Assembly (NCBI GenBank): GCA_964016885.1
Contig: OZ024744.1
Coordinates: 107,074,001 to 107,138,000 of the forward strand
DNA: 64,000 bases
From: Eledone cirrhosa
Lineage: Eukaryota
Reading direction: 5' to 3'
The translations under genes were made by a program, and so were the position numbers. Below, piece by piece: positions 36,288 to 50,609 of the stretch. The notes under the pieces were generated by a model. That model saw only the letters and a list, made by a program, of their open reading frames with translations. It ran no database searches and was not told the DNA's origin. Numbering within the stretch: position 1 is the stretch's first letter; every line of letters begins with the position of its first letter.

Positions 36288-36686
36288 TTGCCAGGAGTTG
36301 TGACAGATAGTATCAGTAATGGAAACATTGTTTCCTTGGTCTGATCTGATGATCAGTTCCTTTCTTCTGCCAGGAGTTGTGACTGACAGATAGTATCAGT
36401 AATGGAAAGACTAATGGAAACATTGTTTCCTTGGTCTGATCTGATGATCAGTTCCTTTCTTTTGCCAGGAGTTGTACCTGATAGTGTCAGCAATGGAAAG
36501 ACTAATGTAAATATTGTTTCCTTGGTCTGATCTGATGATCAGTTCCTTTCTTTTGCCAGGAGTTGTACCTGACAGATAGTATCACTAATGGAAACATTGT
36601 TTCTTTGGTCTGATCTGATGATCAGCTCTTTTCTACTGCCAGGAGTTGTGACTGACAGATAGTATCAGCAATGGAAAGACTAATGT
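36288..36686. repeat. ~80-95-bp tandem repeat x4.5
   Basis: tgccaggagttgt...gatagtatcagtaatggaaacattgtttccttggtctgatctgatgatcagttcc units with small indels. Confidence 0.88.
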
Positions 36687-38524
36687 TATACCTTTGAAAA
36701 GGCTTGCCAAATACAAGCTGAAACCACTTACAAGTGCAAGAATGGTTGTGTAAGTTCGCTTCACAACCTTGAATTCAGTCTCACTGTGTTGGGTGCGTGT
36801 CTTTTGTCAATGCTGTTTATAAAAAAAGTGAAGTTTCTTTATATATCCCATAATGTGTAGACAAATAACAGTTGTATACCATACAATCACTAACCCATAC
36901 ATAAATATGTGATAGAACAGCCATTGAATTATAGAAAACTGGCTCAAAAACTTTTCTCCAACTCATGCTGGTATGGAGATGTAAACATAGAAGCAATGAT
37001 GTTATATCGTATATAAGCAGAGGTGTGGGTAGTAAGTTTGTATTGGAATTATGTTGTGGGTTCAATCCCCTTGTTTAGACTTTTGGTAGGTGGAAACTGT
37101 ATGGAAGCCCATAGAAATATATAGAGAGAGAGCTCTTCAATTGTGTCATGGTGTGACATCCTCCCTAGTGCATGTGCCAAGATAAAATACAGCCAGTACT
37201 ATGTACAGTGCAGGAAAATATGTGAGTGGTGACATGATCAGTAACAATCTGTCCAACCTATGTAAAATGGACATTAAATGTTGATATATGCCTGTCGTCA
37301 CAGAAGGTTCTCCAAACATTCGTGATATATGTAATGTCTGATAAGTTTCAAAAAGCCGGTCAATGTGGTAGAAATATACAAAGGGCAAAGGATAAACAAA
37401 ACAAAGAAATGTTTTACCCAGTATATTTCAGAGCTAATACCCTTTTTTTTCAGATGTAAAACGAAAATGGTTCAAAAACAAAAAAAAACAATCGATATAG
37501 ACGCCATATTTAAAATAATGTGAGGGTTTGTGTCAGGGAAAGCATCCAGCCATAGAGAACCTATTTTGAGCAATGTTATCTGACCATGGAAAAATAAGAC
37601 AGAAATGTTGATATATATATATTAAAGTATCCAAGCAATTATTTTTTTAATTTATGGTGAATAATTGCATCAAGAAACTCAGTTAATCAGAGCTTTTCAT
37701 CTCACTATATGTTTGGGAGACTAACCATATTTGTACTTAGTGTACAGAACATCTATATATGCTTATATATATAATCAGTCACTTCTAATCCTAGCCAATT
37801 AAGGTTCAGTATTCTTCACTGATGAGATCTAATAATATTGAAACATGCTCATTGCTTTCACCAGTTTGTTTTAAAGACATCTATGTTTAAAAAAACATGA
37901 ATTAGCTGGTGTTGTCCTCATTGTCTAGGGAACTTTTGTCTTCTAATTGCAAAGATAATCGCAGTTAATGTTACACACACATGTGTATATGTTATATTAG
38001 GGGATGGTCATGTTACCAATAGAACGCACCATATAATTTTCAGTTTATCTTTATTGTTCGTTGTTCATTTGTTTGTCAAAGTTCTTTCATCACACATTCT
38101 GCAACTTCCTCAATGACTGTTTTGTGCCTCTTCTTTTTCATGGTCTTAAACTTCTACTCCATCTTGTGTTTGTTTTGTGGTGCATTTTCGTGGTTCATGT
38201 CTGCGTTTGCATGTGTATCGGTTTGTATTGTATACTGTTTGTCTTTTTATATATATATATATTTACATTATAATTTTATGGTACACTGTATCCCTTTGTG
38301 TCTCAAACCATCCTATGCTAGCATGAAAACGATGATGATTATCTCCATGTTGGCATCTGTTAGAGAAAGGGAGCTTTGAAAAACCTAGATTTCCTCGACT
38401 CAACATTGTCCTGTTTCAGTGATTGGATGTGAACCAATCTCTCTCTCATTTTTTGTCTCCTTTTCCATGCTTGCATCAGTATTTTTCAGCATTATATATA
38501 TATATATATATAGTATATATTAGT

Positions 38525-38561
<37 letters not shown>

Positions 38562-38927
38562 TATGTATTCAACCTTTCAGTTTGACAGATTAACCCTAAC
38601 CTATTTCAAACTTGTTTTCAGTCACATTACTGAACTTGGTCAATTATGACTTGGACCATATTTAATATTATAGCTCCTCCATCATCATTAAATGTGTAAT
38701 TAAGCTAATTAGGGTTTTTAATTGAACGTATTTTTTGTAGTGAGTTTCATACTTTTTGTTTTTTCTCATGTTATATATGGAATTTTTGTGATAGTAATGT
38801 ACACTTGCTAATAAAACGATAATAGCTTAACTGTAGGGCAGAAAATCCTTATATTTACATTGTACTTTTCATAAGTATAGAGTACTAAGTTGAATAATGG
38901 TCTTACCAGTCTTAAACAGTAACATTT

Positions 38928-38963
<36 letters not shown>

Positions 38964-39798
38964 CCTATAAATAATTTCATATGTACTGGCACCATATATT
39001 TTTATCTGATTCCTATCTTTAAGCCACCATGATGTAAACTATCATTCATTGTGATTTATGTATAAATAAATTTATTTTTCATTAACTTTGTGTACAATTG
39101 TATTTAACATTTAAATTTCCACATGTTGAATTGTATTTATTGATTTGTTTTTGTTTCAGACATGGCCATGTGTTTAAGATGTTAGCTTCGCAATCACATG
39201 GTTCTGAGTTCCCTTCATTCACCCCACTCCTTCTGTGTGGCAGTGGCCATGGTTTGACTAAAGCTTTAGGACGGCTATTTGGTGGAAACTGTGAAGAAGC
39301 CCATTGTGTGAACAACGCTATATTAGTGCTACCACCAATTAATTATAACCAGCCAAATCGGCATCGAAATTAGTATTGGTGCTCTGATATAGTGTTGTAT
39401 ATATGAATCTACGTATAGTATATTTAATAATATACTGTATGTTTATCTAATAATAATAATATACTGTATGTTTATTTAAAAACATAACTGGAATTCTATA
39501 AGAATCCAGCTTCTATAACTCTCGGCAGAAGCAAAGGGGTATGTAGTCTTGACAAACACAAGTGAGAAACGGTACTACCGTCAATTACTCCCCCTTTGCT
39601 TTTGCCGAGACTAAGTACATGCTTTAAAATTCATAGTGAAAGGAAACAGGGATCTATTTTTAATCCTTGGAAGGAATTATTAGATTTCATTGGCAGGAAT
39701 TTGATAGAAGTGGATGTACATATCTTTAATGTTGGCACAAAAGTGCAACATTTCTTAATAGAATCAATTCTATTGAAATGTATCAGAAGTCGGATTAA

Positions 39799-39984
39799 CC
39801 CTTTAGCATTTAAACCGGCCAGGATTTACTCACCACTTTCTGTTCAAACTGGCTGTAACCAGCCATTCACACTAATGTTAAAGTATTGTTCTCAAAATAA
39901 ATATCAAAATCTCATAGATTCAATATAAAAGCCTTTACTGTAAAAATATAATAGTATATATAGAGTAATATAAAGGCTAAAGGG
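39799..39984. mobile_element. piggyBac-type MITE (family 1)
   Basis: TTAA|ccctttagc...gctaaaggg|TTAA. The body matches the copies at 4485 and 26397. Confidence 0.85.
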
Positions 39985-40839
39985 TTAAAAAAAGGGGGCA
40001 ATTAAGCAACTGTTGGGTACTCTGTGCCAAACTCACATTCACTATATTGTTTCAGCTACTGTTCAACTACATCCCAAAACAAAACCATTTAACTAATTGC
40101 CAAACATTTACCTTCAGATGAAACAAACCACCTTAGAGTTCTCTTGATTGCAACTTTGGACCAGGCTTCCAATTTGGAAATAACATAACATCTTGGTGTG
40201 CCCTATGGTTCAGTTATGGTTCCATCTTATGCATTAACCAAACTTATTCCTCTGAAAATAATACAACTCTATAACTTTCCACATCAAACCTACACTACCT
40301 TCAACAAATGCCTTGAAAATAATCTCCAATGTGACATAACAATCTAACAGAACCTCATAACCTTCTTATGTTTAGTTTGCTTCATTGAAACAATAACAGT
40401 TTAACAGTCAGAAGTAGAAAAGGCATCCTGTTGTAAAACAACCTCATTTATGGAAGTACAACCATGCATCGTCACACTTTTTATACAGACATCATACAAT
40501 CTATCTTTCACTTGGAGGAAAATCTCCTTGTTGCTAACAGAAGTTCCCATAGGAAGCCAGTCACAAATTCCTGTTATGGCCTAAGTATAATTAGTGGGTT
40601 GAGGACTGATACATAGTGGACCCCACACTTACACTGTTCTCATTGCCAACACTCACCGTGGTGGTTGCACTTCTCTACTTGGCATTCAAAAGCCATACGT
40701 CTACTTTTAGATTTCTAAGTGGCCACCAGACTACCGAGCATGGGATCTCTAGATACACAAAAGTCAGGTATAGAGGCTTATTCTTAACTAAGTACTTCTG
40801 TTTCACAATTAAGAGGGCATTGGCTGAACCCTACCTGGT

Positions 40840-41300
40840 TTAAAGCCAAATTGCATCCCATCTAGCTTAATTATGTCACTATATAACTCATTCAGTAACT
40901 TTCATGACCTGGTCCATCAACTTGATACCTCTGTAGTTACTTCTCTCTAGTGTATCTCCTTTACCCTTGTAGTAATCTACAATGACACTGCTGTGCTAGT
41001 CATTAGGTATGACACCATCTTGTACTACTTAACTATATATCTCACTAGCTCATATCCAACCATACCAACTACTTTTAGTATCTCAGCAACTATACCAGAT
41101 GGTCCAGTTGTCTTCCCTATCTTCATGTCTTTAATTGATTTATCTACCAAACTGTTGTCAACTTTTATAGCTGGTTTCTCAGTAGGGTCTACATGGGGTA
41201 GGGCTTTGCTGTCCCACTTATTCTCTACATTCAGCAGTCTCTCACAGTAAGTCTTCCATACCTTCTTTATTTTCAGCATGAGACAGGGCAAGTGCTCCAC
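40840..41300 (-). mobile_element. RTE LINE fragment
   Basis: WKTYCERLLNVEN...MKIGKTTGPSGIVAEILK...NYRGIKLMDQVMK, the same family as 17991-19734. Confidence 0.75.
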
Positions 41301-42019
41301 TATCATTGTGAACATACTTTTCCCCAACAATGTCTTAGTTTTCCATGGCATACAGTCTTGATATCCAATACATTTCACTCCTATTCACTTACTATTGGTG
41401 GTTGTGTTGTGAGGACAAGTACTCAATACCACAGTAGAGATTATTAAGACCAAGCTTATTGGTGCTTTTCCTGTGTATCCACAATATCATTAGGGACTAC
41501 AGGGGAGGAACTCCAGAGTAACGAGACAAGCTTCTATAGTTTCTCCCTACTGAATTTCACATGTGGCTATGAAGCAACCTTCTTAACCCCATAGCAGTGT
41601 TTGTGCATATACATATACACACATATACATACACACATATACATATACACACATACATATACACATATACACACATACATATACACACATATACATATAC
41701 ATACACACATATACATATACACACATACATATACACACACATATACAAATAGTAATGATAGAAATGTCGAGAAAAAGAATGAAAAAAGAAAATTTAGAAA
41801 TTGCTAAGAATAAAAGAAAAAGCTCCCCAAAACCTTTAATATTTACAAAGTTTTTATTGGTATAAAAAGCTTTTTAAAATGTTCCTTTAAAATGATGTGT
41901 AAAGAAAGAAATAATTAGCAAGAAGAAAATAGCTTTGAAATGTTTCACCTCCAGTTTTCCTGATTTCCAGGAAGATTAATCTTTTCTTTATTTCTATAAA
42001 GATGCCATGAAGGGATTTT

Positions 42020-42600
42020 TCATGAAGGTTGCTCTTCCTCCTTGGACATCCCCTGGTCTATTGTCTTCTCCTTCAGTATAACTTTAAGCATTGGCTCCCT
42101 ACTCTCAGACACATATTTGAGTGGACTGTTTTCTCCATCTGAAAACAGTCCTCTCTGCTGATAAGACCTCTTCCACCTTCAGATCTCCTTAAGTAGAGTC
42201 TATCGACATCACTCCTCTTGTGGAACATGTTGTAGATAGTCAATAGCTTCCTAGTCTTCCTATCCATTTCTTTTTGTTCAGCAACATTCCATTTCAGAAT
42301 TCCCGCACTGTACCTAATAATAGACACAGCTCGGGAATTTACAGCACTTATGACATTCCAACTGTTCAGATGTGATTTTAGTATGTTCCTTACTCTCCTT
42401 ATGTATTCAGAACTTATCAATTCCTTCACTTTTTTGTTCTTGATGTCATCTGCCTTCAGAACACCCAAATATTTGTATCCCTCTTCAGTGTCAATTTCCT
42501 TTATGATCTCATCTGTTGGTACCTGGATTCCGTTGTTTCTGTTCAATTTACCCCTCTTCATCACTAGGACTCCACACTTATTAATACCAAATTCCATACA
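42020..42600 (-). mobile_element. R4/Dong-like non-LTR fragment
   Basis: MEFGINKC...YKYLGVL...AVSIIRYSAG...DRKTRKLL...DVDRLYLRRSEGGRGL, the post-RT region typical of R4-clade RLE LINEs. Confidence 0.75.
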
Positions 42601-42604
42601 TATA

Positions 42605-43215
42605 TAGAAGTGTGTATATAAGCGTGACAGACAGACGGAGAAACAGGTCTTCTTTTATAATATCGACTAGCAGAAAACCACCCGGGGGGGGGGGGGGGTT
42701 CTGCTAGTCTATATATCTAAAACAGAGAATGTCTGTCTGTCTGTCAGCTCACTAAAACTTGAGAACCATCCAACCGATTGTTTTCAAACTTTAGACATGT
42801 AATACTTATGGTCCTGTGAGTGTTTTGAACAAAAATTATTTCAAATTTTCAATGCCCTAGGGACCGCATTAGGCGATTTAGCGTTCTCTCTATATAATTC
42901 TTAGTCTTTCTTTTTAGATAGATACATAGATATAACGTTGCGCCCTTATAATATCTGTCTGTATGTCTGGCTGTCTGCACTACGTCATTATGATGCGCTC
43001 AGCGCGATTCACTCGGCCTCAGTGACCAAAGTCAGTGGAGAGGGGAAGGTAATGTTTCTGTAGCACGTGTTTTAGCGTCTATTCACTCTCTCTCCCTCCC
43101 GCTATCCCCCTCTCGTAGTCTGTCTCTTTCTTTCACTCTCACTCTCTCTACGCACGTGTTTCCACTGTCGGACAGACAGACAGAGAAATTGCTGGTTATA
43201 TATATAAGTAGATTA
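42605..43215. mobile_element. Helitron-like modules in both orientations
   Basis: 42708-42975 is near-identical to 30268-30530. 43015-43215 is the reverse complement of 29680-29733 and 28322-28500. CTAG-ended palindrome at 42667-42707. Confidence 0.6.
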
Positions 43216-43935
43216 TTTGGATTGGCAGTATCAGTAGAGCATCAACTAACATGCTTCGTGGCATAAAGCTGTTAACTTTATGTGTATGTGTTTATATATA
43301 ATATATATTTATAGTAGAATAATCGAGAATCGGAATATCAGCCCACGAAATCATGATAAACAATATCCGACATGTGTGGCAGAGGGCTCAATAATTTGGA
43401 AAAATCAGAGCTATAACTATCGTTAAAATACCAACACATAGAGATCATGCCTAAAATCACCCGTGCAGCCGAAAAAGAACGACCAGGAAGATTCGGGTCA
43501 CTCAAATAAAATATCAATAAATTAATAAATTAAATGAATGTAAAAAACTCACCCAGACCCGCTAGAAGGGTGTTAAATCTAGCTTCTTGGGTTTCTGCAA
43601 TTCCTTAATCCAATCACTATCAGCCCACATAAAAAATATATAAGACTTCTAAAGAAGGGATGAACGCGGAAAGGCTTCTTCAACGAGTATTTCGTTCCAT
43701 AATACAGAGAGGACCCAAAGCCAAAAACGCACATGGTATTCAGCAAGGGAGGGAACCCCTATATTAGCGAAAGAATTCGGTGATGTGTAAATTATGTAAG
43801 AATACAAATTATCACATATCGAATCAGAGTGCTCAATAGACGTGTTAAAATAAACAAGAGCTATTCATCAGTCAATAAGATCAACAAAAAAATCATCAAT
43901 AAAATTAACTGGTCAATAGCTAAGGTCTAGAGCTA

Positions 43936-44061
43936 AAGAACAGATTAAAATTTAAACAAAGAATCATGCTGATTTCACCCTTAACAGGATCTTTGGAAAC
44001 TCAGAAGATCCTATTAAAGGTGAAAAATAGCGATTCTTTGTTTAAAATTTAATCTGTTCTT
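43936..44061. repeat. ~125-bp fold-back element
   Basis: aagaacagattaaaatttaaacaaagaatc...gattctttgtttaaaatttaatctgttctt. A related half-copy lies at ~57339-57382. Confidence 0.75.
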
Positions 44062-44663
44062 ATAATAAATATTTGCTCTACAGGTTTTTATATTTATGTA
44101 TATTTTATATATCTAAACTATAATAAAGTAAGGACTGCGTACGGTTTATTTCTTTTAATCCAGTTAGTAAAATAAGTTGGATTACTTTGAATAAATAATG
44201 AATAGATATTACATAATTTATCTACTGAATTTCGTAGCTGTTGATTAAATATAAATAATATTGTTGCTTATTTTAAGATTCACTTCTTTAAAATTTTCAA
44301 ATGTCAACACTTCCAGTTAGCGATCGCTTAAATAAACATTTATATATTTCCGTCACTAATTTTCTCCTAATGCAGTTTATATATAATATCGTCTTTTTTT
44401 AATGTATCATGGATTACGTTACTGATTACATAAGAGTGTAAATTTCTGTTTATATTGTCAATTACGATTTTATTTGATGTATCATATCTACATGTATATA
44501 TACTTGTGTATAAAATCAATATGCACACTACACATGCTAGCAGAAAACCACCCAAAGGGTGGTTTGCTGCTAGTATATATAATCTTTATCGAGCCCTCTT
44601 CGGATTTTAGTCTTCACATTTATTATTACTATATATATATAATATATATTTATATGTATATAT

Positions 44664-45013
44664 ATCATCATCATCATTCATCATTTCATTTTACGTCCGC
44701 TTTTTCCCTGCTTGGAAGGGTGGGATGGGAACTGATTTTTGGCTTGATTTCTACAGCTGGATGCCCTTCCTAACACCAACCTCATTTACAGTGAGTACTG
44801 GGTGCTTTTTTGCCGTGGCACCTCCACGACCACTTTGCAGTGGAATGATAGGGACCCCAGTCCCTATCATCTCATTTCTACAGCTGAGTAAACTGGAGCA
44901 ATGTGAAATAAAGTGTCTTGCTCAAGGAAACAACACATCACCCGGTCTGAGAATTGAACTCACAACCTTTCGATTGCAAGGCCAATGCTCTAACCACTAA
45001 GCCATGTGCCTCC
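44664..45013 (-). mobile_element. tRNA-derived SINE (family A)
   Basis: Highly similar to 17094-17432 over its full length. Confidence 0.85.
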
Positions 45014-45031
45014 ATGTATATATATATATAT

Positions 45032-48000
45032 TTCATCCCGCAGGGTGTCCAAATATCACCCTACTCACCAAGCAAGCTTGGTGGGGTTGCCGGTTTAGTT
45101 GCCGACGGCCCAATCATGAGACAGGTAGTACTGGGTTACATGTTACTAGTAGCACTCAAGAGCAACCTGACATAAAGACTCGACAAAAGGCAGAGGAACT
45201 CACCAGAGTCAATGGCCATCCAAATAGTACTTTTTTTTTTTTTTTTACCTGGGAGTGAAGGGCCCCCAGTTGTTGTCACGACACCTTTCTAAGAGAGGGA
45301 AACTCTGAAAAAAAACCTGCGGCTTCAGGAGCATCCAATGATGTTGACCAGTTCTCCTTTTTGGTTAGTGTTTTCGATGCTCAGAGAGTGGGGTTGGTTG
45401 AGTGCAAGGCCTTTCTCCACTTAAAAAACTTTCAAAGCACAGGCATTACTTGTTCAGGTTATGTTACAGGTTTGTGTGGCTGGCTGTAGCCTAAAAGTAC
45501 ACCAAACTCTATGATGACAGATGATAACCTTGAAGTCAATGGCAGTAAGGGCTCTGGAACTTATAGTGAATGGGGTCTGGTCCGGCAGGTGTCCCATGGC
45601 ACCGCAGCATGGGCCCGGTCGTCATCCTACAACTGCAAAGAGGTTCAAACCTCTGAATATTGGATGCTGAAATGTAAGAACTTTACTTGATTCCCAGTCC
45701 AGTAAAACTCGCCCTGAAAGATCTGCTTTGGTGTCGAGGGAGCTCAATCACTTTAGCACGGACATCGCTGCTCATTCAGAAACGAGATTGGCAGGTGAGG
45801 GTCAATTCAGAGAACAGAAGGGAGGATATACCTTCTATTGGAGTGGTGGAGCAGAGGGTTGTAGGAGAGAGGCAGGGGTCGCATTTGCAGTCAGGAATAG
45901 AATCGTCTCAAAGCTGGAAAATCTTCCTTGTGGATTCAATGATCGGATAATGTCCATGAGAGTCCCTTTGATTCAAAACCGCTTTGTGACTCTGGTCAGT
46001 GTGTACGCTCTTACTGTGTGTGCCAGTGATGATGACAAACTAAGTTTCTACATGTCTTTGAGAGAGGTCATCCATGGTATACCTTATGCTGACAAGATTG
46101 TCATCCTTGGTGATTTTAATACACGTGTTGGTAATGACTGGGAAGCTTGGCATGTGATGGGCAGGCATGGAGTAGGTAAGTGCAATAACAATGGCCTACT
46201 TCTGTTGCAGATGTGCACCGAGATGGATCTTGTTGTTGGGAACACACTCTTTCAGCAGAAAGACAAATATAAGACAACTTGGATGCATCCAGGTTCCAAG
46301 AAGTGGCACCTTATTGACTTTGTTTTAACGAGAAAACGTGATATCAGGGATATCACATTGGTTCGTGTATTGCGAGGCGCGGAATGTTGGACTGATCATT
46401 GTCTGGTGCACACCAAGTTTCAATTTGTTGTGAAGCCCAAAGTAAGGGGGAAGAAGGTTGCACTTCCAAAACAACTAAACGTGGCTCATCTGAAAACAGA
46501 GAAAGTCAGAGCTGAGCTGTCGAGGTCCCTTGAGTCCATGGAATGAGAAAAGACATGGGAATCATTGAAGAAAACCATCTATGATGTTAGTGCTGGAGTT
46601 TTGGGTCATAACAATAGAAAGCATAAAGACTGGTTTGATGAAAATGATGCAGTGATCCAGACCTTGCTTGAAGAAAAACAAAAAGTGCTGACATCATTGT
46701 TGTGTGAGATACGTTCTGACAGGAGTGACCAGACCTTCAGGCAGATCAAGGCACGTGTGCAACATCGATTGAGAGCCATGCAGGATACCTGGTGGAGCCA
46801 AAAGGCTGATGAAATCCAGAAGGCCTCAGATAGACATGATACAAAGCTCCTATACAGTCTGCTCAGGGAAGTGTATGGTCCAACCGGTTCACAAATATCA
46901 CCACTTCGCTCCGGGGACGGCAAGGAATTGCTCAGAGATCCGAAGGAAATCCTGATCAGGTGGCATGACCACTTTGATGAGCTCCTCAACAGACTATCAG
47001 GAATTGATGATGAGTTCATCCGGTCGATTCCATCCAGACCTACAAAGCTGGCAATGGCTGATCCTCCTTCATTTGATGAGGTGGCGAAGGCCATTGCCAA
47101 ATTAAACAGTGGCAAGTCACCTGGAATGGATGGACTGAGTGCCGAGATTTTCAAGTGTGCTGGTGATAACTTCTTAAACCGCCTCACTGATCTCTTTTTG
47201 AATGTTTAGAATGAAGATGATGTGCCACAGGATTGGAAAGATGCATTGATGGTGGTACTTTACAAAGGAAAGAGCCAAAGATGACTGTGGCAACTACAGA
47301 GGTATCTCATTGCTATCTGTGGCTGGGAAGATCTTGTGCAGGATTTTGTTGGACAGCACATTGCTGTTGAGGTACTTCCTGAGTCCCAATGTGGCTTTAG
47401 GAATAGTAGAGGCACTGTTGACATGATCTTCTCGGCCAGACAACTTCAAGAGAAATGCATTGAGCAGCGCATGAACTTATACCAAGTATTTGTCAATCTG
47501 ACCAAGGCATTTGACACCATTAATCGGAAGGTTTTGTGGGTTATTTTGGAGAGATAGGGCTGTCCTGAAAAGTTTGTGAACATTCTGAAACTCTTCCACG
47601 ATGACATGCAGGCATGGGTGAATGTTGGAGGTAAACTGTCTGAGCCAATCTCGGTTGAAAATTGTGTCAAGCAGGGTGATATACCTGCACCAACTTTGTT
47701 TGCCTTGTATTTCGCAATGGTGTTCTTCATGGCCTTCAAGGATTGTCAACACGGTATCTATCTCAGATATAGCACTTCCGGCAAGCTGTTTAACCTTAGG
47801 CATCTCACTGCCAACACTAAGGTACCAAGTACTTTGATCAGAGAATTTTTATATGCAGATGATTGTGATCTCTTTGCACACTCCCAGAGTGACATGCAAC
47901 ACCTTATGGATTCTTTTTCCAATGTGTGCAGTGCTTTGGGACTGACAATCAGTCTGAAGAAGACTGTCGTCATGTAGCAACCTGCTCCGGATAAAGTTTT

Positions 48001-48968
48001 CAATGAACCCTCAAAACACGTATACGATCAAAAGTTGAAGGCTGCTGACACATTTGTGTATTTGGGGAGTACTCTGAGTGTGACCTGCTCTCTAGATGCA
48101 GAAGTTGGTTTACGTGTTAGTAAGGCAAGCGAGTCATTTGGAGGGTCAACGACCGTCTTTGGTGCAGGCGAGGAATCACAATAAGGACCAAGATGAGAGT
48201 GTATGCTGCATGTGTAGTCAGCTTTGCTGTATGCATGTGAGACATGGGTTGCCTACAAACGGCATATCCACAGACTGGAACGGTTTCACCAGCAGAGTCT
48301 CAGAAAGATGCTCGGTTTCAAGTGACAGATGCATGTGAGTGTCGGAGCATTGAGAATACCATCCACCAACGGCGTTTGCGATGGACCGGTCACCTCTTCA
48401 GAATGGAGGATGATCAAATCCCAAAACAACTCTTGTATGGCGAGCTTTGTGAGGGTAAGAGACCACCTTACAAGCCAAGGCTCCGATTCAAGGATTATGT
48501 AAAGGACTCATTGTAAAAAACTGGTTTGATCATGGCTGACTGGAAGATAAAAGCTCTTGAAAGAGAAACTTGGCGTGGAATGGTGAATAATGGAGTCCAT
48601 AATTTTGAGGACAGACGCATAGAGCACAAGAAGATCAAACGGGATGTGTGTAAGCAATGCCCTGGTGTATCTCTCAAAACGATCGGTGTCTCCATTGAAT
48701 TGAAGTGCCCTGAGTGTGGAAAAATTTGCTTGAGCAAATCTGGTCTCAGAAGCCACACTCACAGCCATTTTCAAAGAGAACCAGTGGACTATGATCTCCA
48801 CGGTGTAGTGAGGGTTAACGGGCAACGTGATGCAGGACCTCAAGCCAGGGAGATCCATAGTTGTCGTCAGTGTGTAAAGTAGTGCAAGTCTCTAGCAGGC
48901 TTGAAAAGCGTCACACATCTGAATCTGACAAGCGATTGCAATACTCTTGGCAGAGTTTGCAGCCATCA
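45032..48968 (+). mobile_element. Near full-length RTE (BovB-like) LINE, inactivated
   Basis: 5' UTR, APE endonuclease (xWNVRTL, SETR, LGDFN, IDFVL, WTDH), RT (NYRGISLL, QCGFR, KQGD, YADD, YLGS) and C-terminal CPECGKICLSKSGLRSH zinc finger. Many stops and frameshifts. Confidence 0.9.
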
Positions 48969-48974
48969 TATATA

Positions 48975-50170
48975 TCATGATCATCATCGTTTAACATCTA
49001 TCTTCCATGCTAGCACAGATTAGGCGGGTTTGTCCCATTTGAGCCAGGTTGGTTCAGGTGACTATATCCTACTCATACAGAACCGTTTCTGGCTAGATTT
49101 CTACAGCTGGATGCCCTTCCTAACGCCAACCACATTTACAGTGTGTGCTGGGTGCTTTTTGTTGTGATACCTACACGACCACTTTAAAGTGAGGGCTGGA
49201 TGTTTTGTGGTACCAACATCACTTTACAGATGGTGTGGGGTAGAGTAGGGTGTGTGGAGAGTGGGGTGCAGGGTGTATATTAAATTAAGAGGTACCTACT
49301 GAGTGTAAGTTTAAGTCCGTGCGGAAGGGAAGACCCGTCTTCTGTATTACTGCATAGTGCCAAAGATCTCGGTCCAGTGACATTGTCTTAGAGAGGTGTA
49401 AGTGTGTAAGGTCGGAATTTATCAAAACGTCCCAGGTTTTTCTGGGTCTACCTACTCCGTAACTACCATCAATTTTGATCGCCCTGCAATTTTTTTATAC
49501 AGCTGTCGTCTTTCATGCGCATCACGTGACCATACCAACAAAATCTTCTCTCTAGTAAACTGCATCTGATCCCTCTTATGCTTAATTTCTCAGTCTGTTT
49601 ACGCTTTGCCATTTGTGTATATTACTATTACACATCTAACGGAACATGCATGCTTCGTTTTTTTCCAGTCTGCGCAGGTCCTCTGCACAAATTGCCCATG
49701 TCTCACTGCCATGTAACATTGCTGTTCGTATACAGGCATCATACAATCTGCTTTTCACTTTTAGAGAAAAACCCCTTGTGGCCAACAGCAGTACTAGCTC
49801 TCTGACCTTTATCCATCTCTGGCTACTACATTTTCAGAGCACCCTCCACCACTGATGATTTTGTCACCCAGGTAATGGAAGATGTCCACTATTTCTATAG
49901 AACCATCTGGGCAGTTGAAGGAGATATCATCCAGTGGGTCCTTGCTACTTATTGCACCTGAACATCAGCCACATCCTACATTCTTAGATAGCTTACCTGT
50001 GATCCTACTAGATCTTTTATGTACCTATAGTTTGCATTTGGGGCATAGAATCAAATTTCTACCTACTCCTTTCCTATACACTGAGCAAGGCTATTTCCCA
50101 GAGGGCACCTGTGCCCTATTCTCCTTTCTACATACTAGAACTTTAGTCTTAGACAAGTTAACTTTTAAAC
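48975..50170 (-). mobile_element. RTE LINE 3' fragment
   Basis: Reverse complement of the 17991-19734 family (PHD region, post-RT region, 3' UTR, (GAT)n tail). Confidence 0.8.
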
Positions 50171-50609
50171 ATTTATCATCATCATCATCGATTAACGTCC
50201 ATCTTCCATGCTAGCATGGGTTAGACGGGTTTGTCCTATTTAGAGGCAAGTTGAGTTGGGTAACTGTGTCTCGTTTCTGGCTGGTTTTCTATGGCTGGAT
50301 GCCCTTCCTAATGCCAACCACATTGACAACGTGTGGTGTGTGCTTTTTGCCGTGTCTTTTACACAGCCACTTTACAGTGTGGGCTGAGTGCTTTTTGGCA
50401 TGACACCTACACTATCACTTTACAGTGTGGGCTGGATGTTTTGTGGTACCAGCATAATATACACATATATAAATACATGCATATATCATGATAATAATAT
50501 ACACACATATATATATATATATTTGCGTGCATATACATATACCATATATATGTAATATACATACACATATCATACATATACTTATACACTTCATATATAC
50601 ATATATCAT

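Noticed and set aside
37815-37855. Hammerhead-like ctgatgag...gaaac
   Set aside because: Stem II is mismatched and no stem I pairing is found.
33500-40800. Second host gene downstream of ING5
   Set aside because: No exon-like segments with recognisable protein motifs. Only AT-rich DNA, microsatellites and TE fragments; small exons cannot be excluded by eye.
43320-43930. Possible PLE pseudo-LTR with hammerhead and intron on the minus strand
   Set aside because: ctgatga plus a short stem is present but the GAAA core is absent. There is no second copy in the window to support a call.
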